Of a DNA stretch of 64,000 nucleotides, positions 23,461-35,974 are shown one piece after another; within the stretch, counting starts at the first letter, position 1; every line of letters begins with the position of its first letter. Source of the stretch: Hamiltosporidium tvaerminnensis FI-OER-3-3. Taxonomy: Eukaryota; Fungi; Microsporidia. Location: NCBI GenBank assembly GCA_022605425.2, contig JAKIMF020000001.1:2170001-2234000 (forward strand), written 5' to 3'. The notes beneath the pieces are model-generated. The model searched no databases. It worked only from the letters and a program-made list of their open reading frames with translations, and had not been told where the DNA came from. Made by a program: the position numbers and the translations under genes.

Positions 23461-25032
23461 GACTATATAAAATTTAATTAATTATAGTTAATTTATATAT
23501 TTATATAGAAGAACTTTTTAAAAAAAAACGGGTGATGAAACTCTATGATAATTTTTTATTTTTTTGAGTAGTTTTGTTGAGATTTGTAAATAGCATTGAA
23601 ATATAAGCTAAGCTTTTTTCGTGAGGAAAAAAGGTCAATAAATCAAGAGTATAGACATTTATTCTTTACAGTGATTATATTTACAATAAATTAAGCCTTT
23701 TATCCAATAATGGTTTTATAACTCTATTGAAACTTATTTTACATAATTCTTTATCTAATTTTGAAATATGTGTGATTTGCTTGCAAATCTAAGATTTTTT
23801 TTATCTCTAGTAATATTTATTGTCTGAAAAACTGAAATTGCGCTTCAAAGAAAAAGAACGAATATCAATAACCTTAGATGTCTATATCTTCATATAAATT
23901 GGGCAATTCTAACAGATTCATAGTTGTGATAGTTTATGAACAGTAAATACTTAATGGTTTTTTGTTATAAATTCAAGCGTATTTGATAGTAAAGACATTT
24001 TTCAAAAAATAGACTAAAAACCATGATTAATAAGCCGAAATACATAAAATTTAGAGTAAGTTTGCTATTTTTTTACGGAGAAACACCCAAAATCTCTGTA
24101 TATTTGATAAGCTAATAAATTGAATGATGGACCCTCGATAGTATAAATGCTTTAAAAAATAATTGTACGATCGAAAAAATACAAAAAATAAGATATTTTG
24201 ATTATCTGTAATAGAAATATGATCTAGCTGTTATGATAATGTTTATAGATTTTACATTGAGTCTGTATAATAATATTTTTTAAATGAAAAAAGTTTCCTA
24301 GAATTATTAGTCAGTCATAAAAAAAGCAAATTATATCTTACCTAAATGCTTTAAATTAAAAATGAAGATTATTCATTTGTTTACCAAAGTATGAAATCTT
24401 GAATTCATAGATTAAGAATCTGCTTTTTTTACCGAGTACAAATCGAAAAAAAAAACAAATAGAAATTTATCACGATGATTCATATATAAAGAATAAAAAC
24501 ATTAATCCTAAAACCGTTATAAAAAAGAAAACTTTAAACTACTCAATTACCAAACTAAATAAGAATTCTAAATACAAATATCGACCGAAAAAAAATTAAT
24601 AAAGCAAAATATAGCGTAAAAAAATAATTCAATAACTCAATAATACAAAAAAAAGCTTCTCTGAAAAATATATTTTAAATAATAAAAATAAAAGTTTAAC
24701 TAAAAGAAAAGCCCAAAGCAAAAATAAAATAAACTAATAAGGCATTTGATACTCTTTTTATCTAGTTAATATAACTTTAAGTTACAAAAAAATCGTTGGA
24801 AAAATGGATTTTTTATACTAGGTCTCATATAAAATCTAATTGCCAATTAAATTAATAAATTGCACCAAATTTAACAATTTTGTACCATGAAAATATAATT
24901 TATTTATTTTAAGATTAATTTTCACTAGAAAATTGATTTAATAAAGAATTTATTCGCTCTTTATTCTTAAGTAAGTTATATTTCTGCGTTCTTTGAAAAT
25001 AATTATTCCTGCTAAGGAAATTTAAAACTCTT

Positions 25033-25740
25033 TTATTTAAATGTATCTCATATTTTTCAAATAGTGGGAAGTATTATATTTGTTTTCATGGCATTAATGC
25101 AGTTCTAGGTTTAATATAAATAACTTCTACCCCAATACTCCATCAGTACCCCCTGAAATACCTACGTCCCAATGTCTTTCATCTACCAGGTGTGTAGAGC
25201 TTAATTAATAGGTGAGGCAGTTGCCCGGAGTTCGTTAATGTCCATTGCATGGAGTGTGATCGAAGACTGAAGCCCCCCAAAGGCTACGCAGCATTCCCAC
25301 ATACTCTAACTTTCTAATTCAGTAAAATCCTAGCTAAGATATATTTAAAAGATTTGCATGGGTCCTACTTAGACAGTGAAATGTCATAACAACGGGTACA
25401 ACCTGCTAATTAGCTTTCCCGGCTTTTAATGGTTCTTATTTTTGTATCTTTCAGACGCTAAGTCTTCTAACCCGAGTGACAAAGCTAGGTTTCCATGCTT
25501 TTACATGGAAATTACCTACTTTTAGTCGCGATCTGCAATCTAATTAAATAAAAAACTACAAATAACTTTGTAGAAAAAATTTCGCTATTTCTTTGACCTC
25601 TCCTCCTCATACAAACTCATATAGAACAGCCGAAGATATAGTATGGTTTTACTCTCACCAAAACTCCAAAAAATGATCCTCACACTAATTTCACACACTC
25701 ATAGCCAAGCAGAAAGTTTTTTATGTGGTTATTCTCTCAA
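25033..25740 (-). mobile_element. Family A repeat, copy 4
   Basis: Long identical blocks with copy 1, e.g. GAGGCAGTTGCCCGGAGTTCGTTAATGTC and TTGCATGGAGTGTGATCGAAG. Confidence 0.9.
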
Positions 25741-26408
25741 AGCATTTATTCATACTATATAAATATTCTAAATTGTAAATATTTTATTTCGGGCATATTT
25801 TTTCGCTAATACTAATTTAATTATTAAAAATTTCATCCGCTTAGAATAAATATGTTTAATAGTTCTGATTCTGTATGATTTTTTTATTATATATCGACTT
25901 GATGATAATATTCATCGATTATATCTTCGATTCTAAATAATATTTGATTCTCAATCAAAAGCTTCCAAAATCATACAAAAGATTTCGAATACATTTCTAA
26001 GTATCATATATTCTAAAAATTTTCTTGTTATAGCTGAAACTCAAAAATTTCCGGATTGATTTACCACATCCTATAGAAATATTAATAGATTCATTTGAAG
26101 CAGGTTTTGTTTTAAAAATTAATAATTTCACGAAAACGCAACAATTCTTAACTAAGCATACATCTAATTCACTAGTTTTGTATTGGTTTGAAAAAAAATA
26201 TTCAGATTAGTTCTTATAAATTATATCTTGATTTAATCATTTATTGGCTTGTTTACTGTAATAATATGAAAGGGTTTCATACTGCACAAAATCAAATTGT
26301 AATTATTTAAAATAGCGGCATTAAACTGTCAGTAAATATGTCAAAGACGTAAACTCCTATTATTAGGTAGGTATCAAAACAATAAATTATTTTAAAGAAA
26401 CAACGCCC

Positions 26409-27818
26409 ATGTTTAATATTTTCTCAAAAGTTATGTCTGATTTTCAATATTTTTTAAAGCCGAAAAATGAAATTTTGAAGACAGAAATTATGTTATACAC
26501 TAATAATCGAATGAAAAAACCTTCAAAAATATATATTCTTCTTAGAACAACTAAAACACTATCTATGATGATTCCAGTAATTCTATCTTATAAAACGCCA
26601 TTATTTAAGTATTTCGTTAATATTTTTGTAAAAAATAACGGATATTTACTTATGAAATCAGGACAATGGATTTCGACACGGCCTGATATTTTCTCAAAGG
26701 ATTTAATTATGATACTTAGCGAATTACAATATAAAGCACCATTTCATTCATTAAAGTATTCAAAAAGAATAATCCAAGAAGAAATTAAGAATCCTGAAGA
26801 GATTCTTGATTTTTTACAATTCGAACCAATAGGATCTGGTTGTGTAGCACAGGTTTACAAAACAAAATATAAAAACAAACCAGTAGCTTTGAAGATATTA
26901 CATCCAAACATTAAAAATATTTTACGAAACGATTTTTATATGTTAGAATTTGCTTTAAAATTTTTGAAACCTATTTTGAAATTAGATTATTCATCTGAAT
27001 TACGTTTTTTTTACACGGAAATTAAACAACAATTAAATTTGAAAAAAGAACATAGAAATATGGAAATATTAAGAAATAATTTTTCTAAAAATAGAAATTT
27101 AATAATCCCCAAACCTATTTTTAGCACCAAAAATATCTTAGTTGAAGAATATATTGAAGCAAAACCACTTTTTGATGTCATAAAAGATAATAAAGTTGGC
27201 TGTGAGATTAAATCTTGGTTATTTTCAGCAAGTTTAGATTTCATAGCACAGATGATATTTAAAGACAAATTTATACATAGCGATTTACATCCAGGAAATA
27301 TATATGTTAAAGATAATAATGGCACTTATCAACTGGTTCTCTTTGATTATGGTCTGTGTAAAAGACTAAACAAAACTTCCTATAAAAATCTATTTGATTT
27401 ATCTTTCGAATTATTAATTTCCAAAAACGGTAAAAAAGCAGCCAGTTTACTTTTGAATAGATTAGAAGTAAATAAATATTTATCAAAAGATAAAAACGAA
27501 TTTAAGTCTAAAATAAATATTCTATTGAATGATTTCATTTTTAAACATAAAGTTCGCTCTAAAAACGTTTCATCTCTAACATTTAATAATTTTGCTTTGA
27601 AGTTTTTAGAAAGTATACAAAAGCATAATGTTAGACTTGATCCAACATACTCCAATCTAATTCTTAGTATGGTGTGTTTTAGTGGAATATTTGCGGGTAT
27701 GTATGATAAAAAAACATTTGTAAATTCTATTAGAAAAAATATATCTTCTAGACTTATTTTAGAAATATATATAAAAAAATTGTCAAACAAGTTACGATAC
27801 TTATCAAGGCATTTTTAA
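26409..27818 (+). CDS. ABC1/UbiB-family atypical kinase (ADCK2-like)
   Basis: KSGQWISTRPD (KxGQ), LSELQ..AP.HS, PIGSGCVAQVY, VALKILHP, FIHSDLHPGNI and DYGL motifs. Confidence 0.92.
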   Translation: MFNIFSKVMSDFQYFLKPKNEILKTEIMLYTNNRMKKPSKIYILLRTTKTLSMMIPVILSYKTPLFKYFVNIFVKNNGYLLMKSGQWISTRPDIFSKDLIMILSELQYKAPFHSLKYSKRIIQEEIKNPEEILDFLQFEPIGSGCVAQVYKTKYKNKPVALKILHPNIKNILRNDFYMLEFALKFLKPILKLDYSSELRFFYTEIKQQLNLKKEHRNMEILRNNFSKNRNLIIPKPIFSTKNILVEEYIEAKPLFDVIKDNKVGCEIKSWLFSASLDFIAQMIFKDKFIHSDLHPGNIYVKDNNGTYQLVLFDYGLCKRLNKTSYKNLFDLSFELLISKNGKKAASLLLNRLEVNKYLSKDKNEFKSKINILLNDFIFKHKVRSKNVSSLTFNNFALKFLESIQKHNVRLDPTYSNLILSMVCFSGIFAGMYDKKTFVNSIRKNISSRLILEIYIKKLSNKLRYLSRHF

Positions 27819-28099
27819 TTGTGTATAAATGTATTTGAACTCAATTTTTTTGTTATATATAGAGCATTTATATTTGCACATTATTTTTTAAGTTTCGTAC
27901 TTCTTTTGTGTTAATATATATTGAACAATTTTATGGAGAAAAATATTGTCTAAAAAATGTTGGTTCCTTTTAGTTTTGGTAAAAATCAAACCATAATCAA
28001 AAGTTTTAAATTCAAGCTATCTGAATATGAAGTTATTTTATGTTTAGTAAATATTTAAACGTAACTTTGTATTTTATTCGTGAGAAAACATTTGAAAAA

Positions 28100-29760
28100 T
28101 CTACAACAAATATTTAATAACAATGAACTAAACTATGATAAAATTATAAAAAGATGATATTCTTAGTATTTCTAAGAACATTTGTTTGACAAAATGCTGA
28201 GATATACTTTAAAAAACGACTTTTGAATTGAAATGTCGCTAAATAGAATATATATGTGTATAATCCTCTTTTATATTGCCAATATACTAATTTCTGTAGA
28301 ATGATTGATTTTAGTATCAAGAGTGATACATTGTTTTTATTTTAAATTTGATTAGATTTTTCAAAGAAAAAACTATACAAAGAAAAACAAGTTTAAAAAA
28401 ATCATTAATATTCCCGAACTAATTTATTATTTACAAGTATTTGTTGATTATGAAAAACCTCAAAATATTTAATTAAAAAATCATTTGCTATATCAGTAAA
28501 CTGCTTTGCTTGGATTGAATATTTTTCTGCAAAAGAGCGAACAAGGTGCCTGCTAATCTAATATCCAAGAGGAAATGAAATTTTTTACGATTCATTTTAC
28601 GTGGGTTTGCTGAGCTTCTAGGTATACCGTTAATCCGGATTAGCTTCAAGAAAAAAATTTTACCTTCAGAATATATTACGCACCACTTTACAAAGGAAAT
28701 TACAGATCCATGCTTCAAAAATGTCATAATAATATAATAAAGCATATCCATAGAAAAAAATCGAACACTTTCTAAAAAATGAAATTTTAATCGGAAGATT
28801 ATCAAAATCAGAATTCAATTTATATTAAACTCAAAATTCAACAAATATATGGCGTTCGCTAAAAATATGTATCAAGAATAACCCGGGATTTGATTATTAA
28901 TTGCAAGATGCTCGAGCTTTAAGCTACAAGGAGATTTGACAATAGGTATTTTTGACTAATTAGCCAAAAATTTAAAGTTCTAACTTTGCCTAATGCAATA
29001 AAATCTTTAAAATATACATATTATATACATCATAAATATTTTTAAAAAATACATCCAGGAATAAAATCTTATCAATAAAATAATAGTCTTGGATCGGTTA
29101 TGTTTGTAAGCTTTTATATATTCAATAATCCATCATTTTTTACATCTTTCTTAATTTTCAGATAAAATTCTTATACTTTCAAAAACATCATCGTGAATTA
29201 TAAACAAAGTTTAAACGGGAAAGACGTGATTAAATTTTTAATATAATTTATATTTTATTAAAAAAATAAAGATCTTTCCAACTTGAAATCAGATGCTAAA
29301 ATATCGAAGTTATTTTCTTAATTAATTCAACAACGTATTTATTGATTATATTAGAAAGAAATAATACATACCTTGAAATCTATATTTAATCGTATAAACA
29401 AAAAAAATGAACTTCAATCTACACGAACTTATGTTTCTTACAATAAAATATGAGAAAAAAACTCACTTAATAATTTGTATAAAGTATCCTCGGGATATTA
29501 AAAATATCCTGCAAATAAATCTTGTATTATAAAATGAAGCATGTCTCAGAGTAAATATTTTCGTAAAGATTAGAGAATATTCAGTCATACGTTTAAGAGT
29601 GGAAAATCTAGAATGGCTTTGAGTCTATGATGATAAAAGAGATATAAAATGTGTTATAAATTTCAGAGCTTTTATGTCAGTATAATTCAATTGATCTTAT
29701 GCAAATATAATGGAATAGTTAGGCTTTGAGAAACAGTCATAATCTGGAAATAATTATTCC
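28100..29760 (+). pseudogene. Possible heavily decayed LRR-like gene (boundaries uncertain)
   Basis: Broken frames give LRR-like peptides (LKVLTLPNAIKSLK near 28970, ENLEWL near 29605). Confidence 0.25.
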
Positions 29761-29784
29761 TTAATATGGATTTTAGAGAATTTC

Positions 29785-30460
29785 TTTTAAATGTATATCA
29801 CATGGTTCTGAACAAGTAGCATATGTTTTAAAATGATTTCATGTCAGTAATGAAGTTTTAGGTTCTACAAAGATAGCTGCTTCAGCACTTGATCAATACC
29901 TATGCCAAAGCTTTTTTTCCAAACGGTTTTTGAACACATTTAATGAGCTAGTCGTCCGGTTCTAGTTAATGTATTTTTTCTGATATGTGATCATATTTTT
30001 AAACTAATAGTATGTTTACCCAAGACCTACACTTTCCGAAATTACTAGACTTCTAGCCTATATACATTTAAACGGCCTACACGGGGTTTAATTGGCGTTA
30101 AAAAGCCACAAAAACAGGTACAACTTGCTACTTATCACCCCAGACTATTAAAAAGGCATGTGATTATATCATCCGTTAAGTCGTCTCCTAGCTAGGGTGA
30201 ACAACGTTATATTTCTATGCTTTTACATACGGTTACCTAAAATAAAGTCTGCAATCTGTAATTTGCTTACATGAAAAAATTAAAAATAGTATTTTGGAAA
30301 AAATTTCGCCGTTTTGTAGACCTTCGTCTACAAACTCGAATAGAATAACCGAAAATATAATGTGATTTAATTCTCACCAAAAATCCAAACAGAAATCTCC
30401 GCACCAATTTCATGGACTCATTACCAATATTGGCTTTTTCATTGAGGTATTTTCTCGCCA
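29785..30460 (-). mobile_element. Family A repeat, copy 5 (most diverged)
   Basis: Conserved blocks CCCAAGAC, ACAGGTACAACTTGCTACTTA, ATGCTTTTACAT, GTCTGCAATCT and CACCAAAAATCCAAAC. Confidence 0.75.
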
Positions 30461-31780
30461 CATTGTGTTGTAGAAAAAATTTTTTATTGTATTAATTAAA
30501 ATGCAAAATTTTTTTTCGTGTATCCAAAATTAGGAATTAAAACTATGATATTAGTAGCGAAACATAAATTCAAATTTCAAGACTTTTACTAGAGCAAGGA
30601 GAAATAAAAGCTCTAAAAGAGGTTTAAAAATATTAAACGAAAAAATGAAAACTTTAAATACTGTTTGATATCATAGTTCTTTCTATTCATTGTAAATATT
30701 ATGACAATGAATCTTACTTCCGAATTAATACTAAGAATATTTAAAAGGAATAGAAAAAAATAGAGAGTTTAACGCCCGTTCTATAATTAGAAAACCTTTC
30801 CAAAAATTAAAATTCAATGTGATTTGTACAAGCAAATTTAAAATAAAATGATTTTTTAAAAGATGGATAATCTAGGGCATTATTATGAATAATTCAATAA
30901 TCCCCCTGATTATCCATAAATATAATATATGTCGATTTATATAATTAATACATCACAAATATTATAATTGTGGTTTTGAATTAATTAAAACATATATTTT
31001 AGTTGTCAATCAGGTAAAGCTTACAAAAATGGTTTCAAAATATTATAAGATGGCTTTATTAATATTAACCTTTCCATTTAGTTTAGAATATGATAATTCT
31101 TTTTTTACTTTGATTCCGCTATATATATGCCTTAATAATTTGATTTCTCTTTCTCTAATGTTATTTAACGAGCCTTTTTAGTAAAAAAAGGTGAATTATT
31201 GGTCTTCATAGCGAGAGTAAACTACAATTCTAAAAATATCTGGAAACAGCAGAATTTCTTCGAGCTATAATATTGAATTTTTTTTATTCTCATGTAAAAT
31301 CTCAATCACAGAGAATTAATAGAGACTTAAAATAAGTGACAATATTAAACGAAATATTGCGGTATTTCTCTTCTTGAATAAAATTAAATATAAAATTGAA
31401 TTCTAACGAGAAAAAATATTTGAGAATAGTAAACTTATTTACTAATAGCGAGATAAAAGAATGTAAATTAATTGCATTTAAAACTACAGAAACAAGCAGT
31501 TTATTCATATAAATACATATTTTTCTAACAATAATCAACTAAAAGCGCATGATAATATTTCTATTCTTATATCATAACAAAAATACGTTTTTGTAACAAA
31601 CAACATTTCCAATCATCGTGAATATTATATGAATCTGTACAAATAATTTTCATTCCTATGAATATATGTTTGTTCATTCATATCTAATCCCACAATAAAA
31701 AATTCAGCTGAAAAATGTTATTTTCCCCTAAAAATCAAGGTTTTTATATTAAATAAAATTAACTAATTAGATAATTAAAT

Positions 31781-31970
31781 ACTTGTTCCATTCCTCTTTT
31801 AGCTCTCGGTTTTAAAGAGGAACAAGTGAATAATTTCCAATTGTTTCTATTAATATGTTTTTACTCGGGATTATTGACCTATAGATCCAATTAAGTTCAT
31901 ATCCCACCAAATGTCAATAATGATTTTCACACAATCATTGACAACCAGATAATTTTTAAATGATATCCTA
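31781..31970 (-). mobile_element. Family B short repeat, copy 2
   Basis: TTCCATTCCTCTTTTAGCTCTCGGT...ATCCCACCAAATGTCAATAATGA aligns with the 23245 copy. Confidence 0.65.
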
Positions 31971-32175
31971 TTTTTGCTTCTATTACTTAATTACAATTGA
32001 AGCCACCTTTATTTACATTCTTCTCTTTATTTCTAAAATGTTTAACTATAAACCTTTATTTTCACATCCAAGTATTTATTTCCCGAATTATTTCATTGTT
32101 TCATAAATCAAAAATTAAAAACTTGGTTTTAATTCAAGTAAATTCAATAATATATAATAATTTAATAAAAATCTA

Positions 32176-32571
32176 CTAAGTAGCAGGTTATACCTGTTGG
32201 TATGACATTGCACTATCTAGGTAGACCCCATGTAAATCTCTGAAATATATCTTAGCTAGAAGTTTATTGGGTTCAGAAAGTGTAGGTAAGTGGGAATGCT
32301 GCTTAGTCTTGGGGGAGCCCAGGGGGGGCTTCGGCCTTCGATCACACTCCATGCAACGGACATTAACGAACTCCGGGCAACTGCCTCGCCTATTAATTAG
32401 GTTCTACACACCTGGTAGATGAAAGGCTTTGAGACGTAGGTATCGCAGGGGTTACCGATGGAGTGTTGGGGTAGCAGTTATTTATGTTAAACCTAGAACT
32501 GCGTTAATGTCATAAAAACAAATATAACACTTGCCACTATTTTAAAAAAGATGTGATACTTTTAAATAAAG
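32176..32571 (+). mobile_element. Family A repeat, copy 6, 5'-truncated, with TSD
   Basis: Close reverse complement of 248-639. Flanked by TAAT(A/T)AAAATCTA at 32163-32175 and 32572-32584. Confidence 0.9.
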
Positions 32572-32823
32572 TAATTAAAATCTATTTGTTCAAATAATAA
32601 TCCAATAAAGAATTCAAAATATAATTTATTATTAATTAAATTATGTACTAATTTCAGATCTGAATAATATTTATTACAAAAATATCACAAACAATATTTT
32701 ACTTCAATTCTACTTCTCTTTGTTTCTATTTTATTTTTTCCTAATATATTTTTGCAATTAACTAGGTTTTTCTTAATAAAAAGACTTACTGAACCTCTTT
32801 CTTTACTAAATTCTATTCTTATC

Positions 32824-33837
32824 TTATTTAATAAAATTCAGGGTTAAAATATTTTTACCATTTTTTTTACATGTTTTCCTCTACCTCCTTAACCACTTTT
32901 GTCTCTTCTTCCAAATCCGACTCTTTATTTATGTTATTGGTCGGTTCCTCTAAAGTGGTTCCTCCTTGTGAAATAAGGGGTGTATTATTTTTCGGTTTAA
33001 AATTTTTTGCACCATCTTCCTCTCTCTTCTCTTCTTTTAAAGGGGGTGTTGGTTCCTCATGCATCTCTGCTCTCATAATAACACCCATTGACGCTCTCTC
33101 CCAGCTCTCTTCGGCATTGAGTCCTGACTCAAGTCCTCTTTGTCGATCAAAGGAAATAGTTTCGACTGTCTTTTTAAGTACTATAGACTGAATGTATGCT
33201 TCTACATTCATGGGTATTTCTAGTCTTTTAAGATGAGATTTATGGTATTTTGTCACAATACCGTCCCAGGTCATCACATAAGGGATTATCTCAACATGGC
33301 ACTTATAAATAAGACCCAACTCATTGGCTAGCAGGTCATACTTCCTAAGTTTTTCAGTTTCAACTATTTAAAGTGAATCTTGGGAAGTGATTCCTACTTC
33401 AATGAGTGTTATCTTATTCTTCTTCTTATCTAAAATAACTATGTCCGGTCTGTTATTACGAATTTTAACATCAGTTTTAATTTTGGTGTCCACTCTTATC
33501 GCTGCATACTCATTATCAAGAATTTCTTGAACTGAGTGACTCCTTATTCGTTTTGAAGACTTAAACTTATATCTATTTGGAGAAGTAGGTGTAGGCATCT
33601 AACCACTTCATTATGCTGTCTGGTGTAGTCATGGCCTAGCATTTTTTCAAATCGAGTTGCTAGATGATCTACAGTCTTACCAGACTTCCCACAATATTGG
33701 CACATACCATCTGCTCCCCAGAATACATTTCTATCCTTGATATAGCAGAACACAACTTCATTTCGTGGCCTAATATTCCCTCTCTTTAACCATCTTGAAG
33801 AGTCACTAACACTCACAAGCTCATTTTTTCTTGCATT
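32824..33837 (-). pseudogene. 5'-truncated R4/Dong copy (~1 kb), recent
   Basis: Near-identical to 13274-14288, with a frameshift near 33580 and a stop at 33368. Confidence 0.93.
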
Positions 33838-34134
33838 AATATTTAAATTTAATATTTAAAAAAAAATAATTTCTATACACAGTTAATAACTTTATTTTTT
33901 ACATTTTTAACCTTTTTCCTTAAATTATTTATTTAAGTTAATAAAATTTATTATTTGCCTTTATAGTTTAAACACAGAAAAATAAAATAATTTTTTTTAC
34001 TGAAATATTTTTAAACACAGATAAATAAAATATAAAGTATTTAGTAACTTTAGACTCTAATAATATAAAAGAGTTGAAAATTTAAATAAAAAAATTTTAT
34101 ACTTTAAAAAACCAAAATATTTTTTTTACCGATT

Positions 34135-35247
34135 TTATTCATGAACAATTTTTCTCATCATACGTAACATTTCATCACTACTTTCAACAACATAAGAATT
34201 ATAATCAATTTCACTTTTACAAGCCGAAACAGACATTGTAATTCTATCAATTCTACACGAAACTTTTTTATCAACAATATATTTAATAAGATCTTTTTCA
34301 AGATATTCTACTGAAACACCAAAAATAGATGCCATGGTTTCAATATGTAAACTTTTATAACTCAATAAAAGTTGTTGATATACTCTTGACTTCATTTCGT
34401 ATACAAAATAATTTATTAACGAAGATAAAAATGTCTCGTTTCGTATATTTTCTGCAAAATCTGAAATTTCATAAAAAATTGTTCTGTAATTGCATTTATA
34501 AAAAGATTCTACTAATTTATAAGCAAATGGAAATTTATTTATTGCTTCCATTACCTCACTGGACTGTAAAATTTTTTTATCTATATCTTCTCGATTAAAA
34601 GTTAAAATTCCTGTAAAAACAGCATAAAGTACTGCTTTTTCATAAGTAAGTAATTCATAAGATTCAAATGTAGCAAGACATTCTGTAAAAAGAATAGCTG
34701 ATTTTTTAAAGTCTTTAGATATTAAAAGGTATAAAGCTTCATAACTTTTAAATTTATTTTTTCTGTCCCAATCACACCCTTTTTCTGTGATAGAATTAAG
34801 TTGATTAACAATAATAGGAAGACTTCTTTTATCTTTTAAAATAAAACAAATTCTCATTTTGCATAAAAGAACATCCACAGAAAAAGAAGCAGAAAAAACT
34901 TTTTTTCTTAAATCTCTGAACATACTATTAAGATTTATTATATCCATTGTTTTGGCATAATACTCTGCAATTTTCTTATCAACATTAATTTGAAATGTTT
35001 CGTTGTCAGGATCGCTTTCTTTCTCTGCTTGAAATTTTTTTAGTTGAGCTTCATTGGCTCTTCTAAGAATTCCATATTCTGATTCATCGTAACCTATTAC
35101 TTTTTTTGTGGAGAGTTCAAGATATAGGAATGTCATTTCATTTTCAATAATTTTATTTTTTAATTCTTTTGTAAATTCTGGGTTTGTTTTTGCTTTTTTT
35201 ATGAGTTCGTAGAAGTAAAGATCTGGTTTGTTGAAGTTGCAATCCAT
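34135..35247 (-). CDS. RPN7: 26S proteasome lid subunit Rpn7
   Basis: GCDWDRKNKFKSYEA, LATFESYEL, YQQLLLSYKSL..MA..FGVSVEYL and CRIDR (PCI domain). Confidence 0.96.
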   Translation of the reverse strand: MDCNFNKPDLYFYELIKKAKTNPEFTKELKNKIIENEMTFLYLELSTKKVIGYDESEYGILRRANEAQLKKFQAEKESDPDNETFQINVDKKIAEYYAKTMDIINLNSMFRDLRKKVFSASFSVDVLLCKMRICFILKDKRSLPIIVNQLNSITEKGCDWDRKNKFKSYEALYLLISKDFKKSAILFTECLATFESYELLTYEKAVLYAVFTGILTFNREDIDKKILQSSEVMEAINKFPFAYKLVESFYKCNYRTIFYEISDFAENIRNETFLSSLINYFVYEMKSRVYQQLLLSYKSLHIETMASIFGVSVEYLEKDLIKYIVDKKVSCRIDRITMSVSACKSEIDYNSYVVESSDEMLRMMRKIVHE

Positions 35248-35419
35248 TTGATGGGCATTTTTTTTTTAAAAAATTAGAAAAATTATTTGTTAATTGTATT
35301 TTTGTATTTTGAAATTCCTTAAAAAAATGGTAAAGAAAATACTGATTTTTTTATGAAAAAAAATTTAAATACAAAATAGGTTGAGACGTAGAAATGGAAA
35401 AAAAATCGAATTTAAATAC

Positions 35420-35945
35420 TAAAATTTATCTTCTTTGAAGGAAATAGGAAATAAATCATTTTAAAAAAATTTGGATTAAAATTTATCTTCTTTGAAGGAA
35501 ATAAAGAAATAAATCATTTTAAAAAAAATAAAATAAATGAATTATCTTCTTTGAAGGAAATAAAGAAAATAAATACGAAAGAATTGAGGTCTTTAAATAA
35601 ATGAAAATTAAATACGAATGAGTCACATCTTTGGAAAAATACGAAATAAGAAATACAAAAAAAAAATTTAAATACGAATCAATTATCTTTCTTACAAAAA
35701 AAGTTTGATATATAATTCAAATAATTTGAATTATTTTCTTTAAAAAAATAAGAAAATATTACAAAAATAAATACAAATTGAAACACGAATGAATTTTTTC
35801 CTCCAAAAAAACATAGGAGATTAGAAACAAAGAAATTTTTGTACAAACAAATTACAAATAAATTTTTTTGAATATAAATAGAAAAAATAGGAGATTAGAA
35901 ACAATGAAATTTTTGTTTCAACAAATTACCAATAAATTTGTTTGA
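35420..35945. repeat. Degenerate tandem repeats in the RPN7/BRAP2 divergent spacer
   Basis: TTATCTTCTTTGAAGGAAATA three times (~57-bp period). ATAGGAGATTAGAAACAA twice. Confidence 0.8.
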
Positions 35946-35974
35946 ATATAAATAAGAAAAAAATAGGGGTAAAT

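Noticed and set aside
32344-32511. RNase P/MRP identity for the pseudoknot domain
   Set aside because: The helix order is loosely similar, but the conserved CR-I and CR-V sequences and the P3 hairpin are absent.
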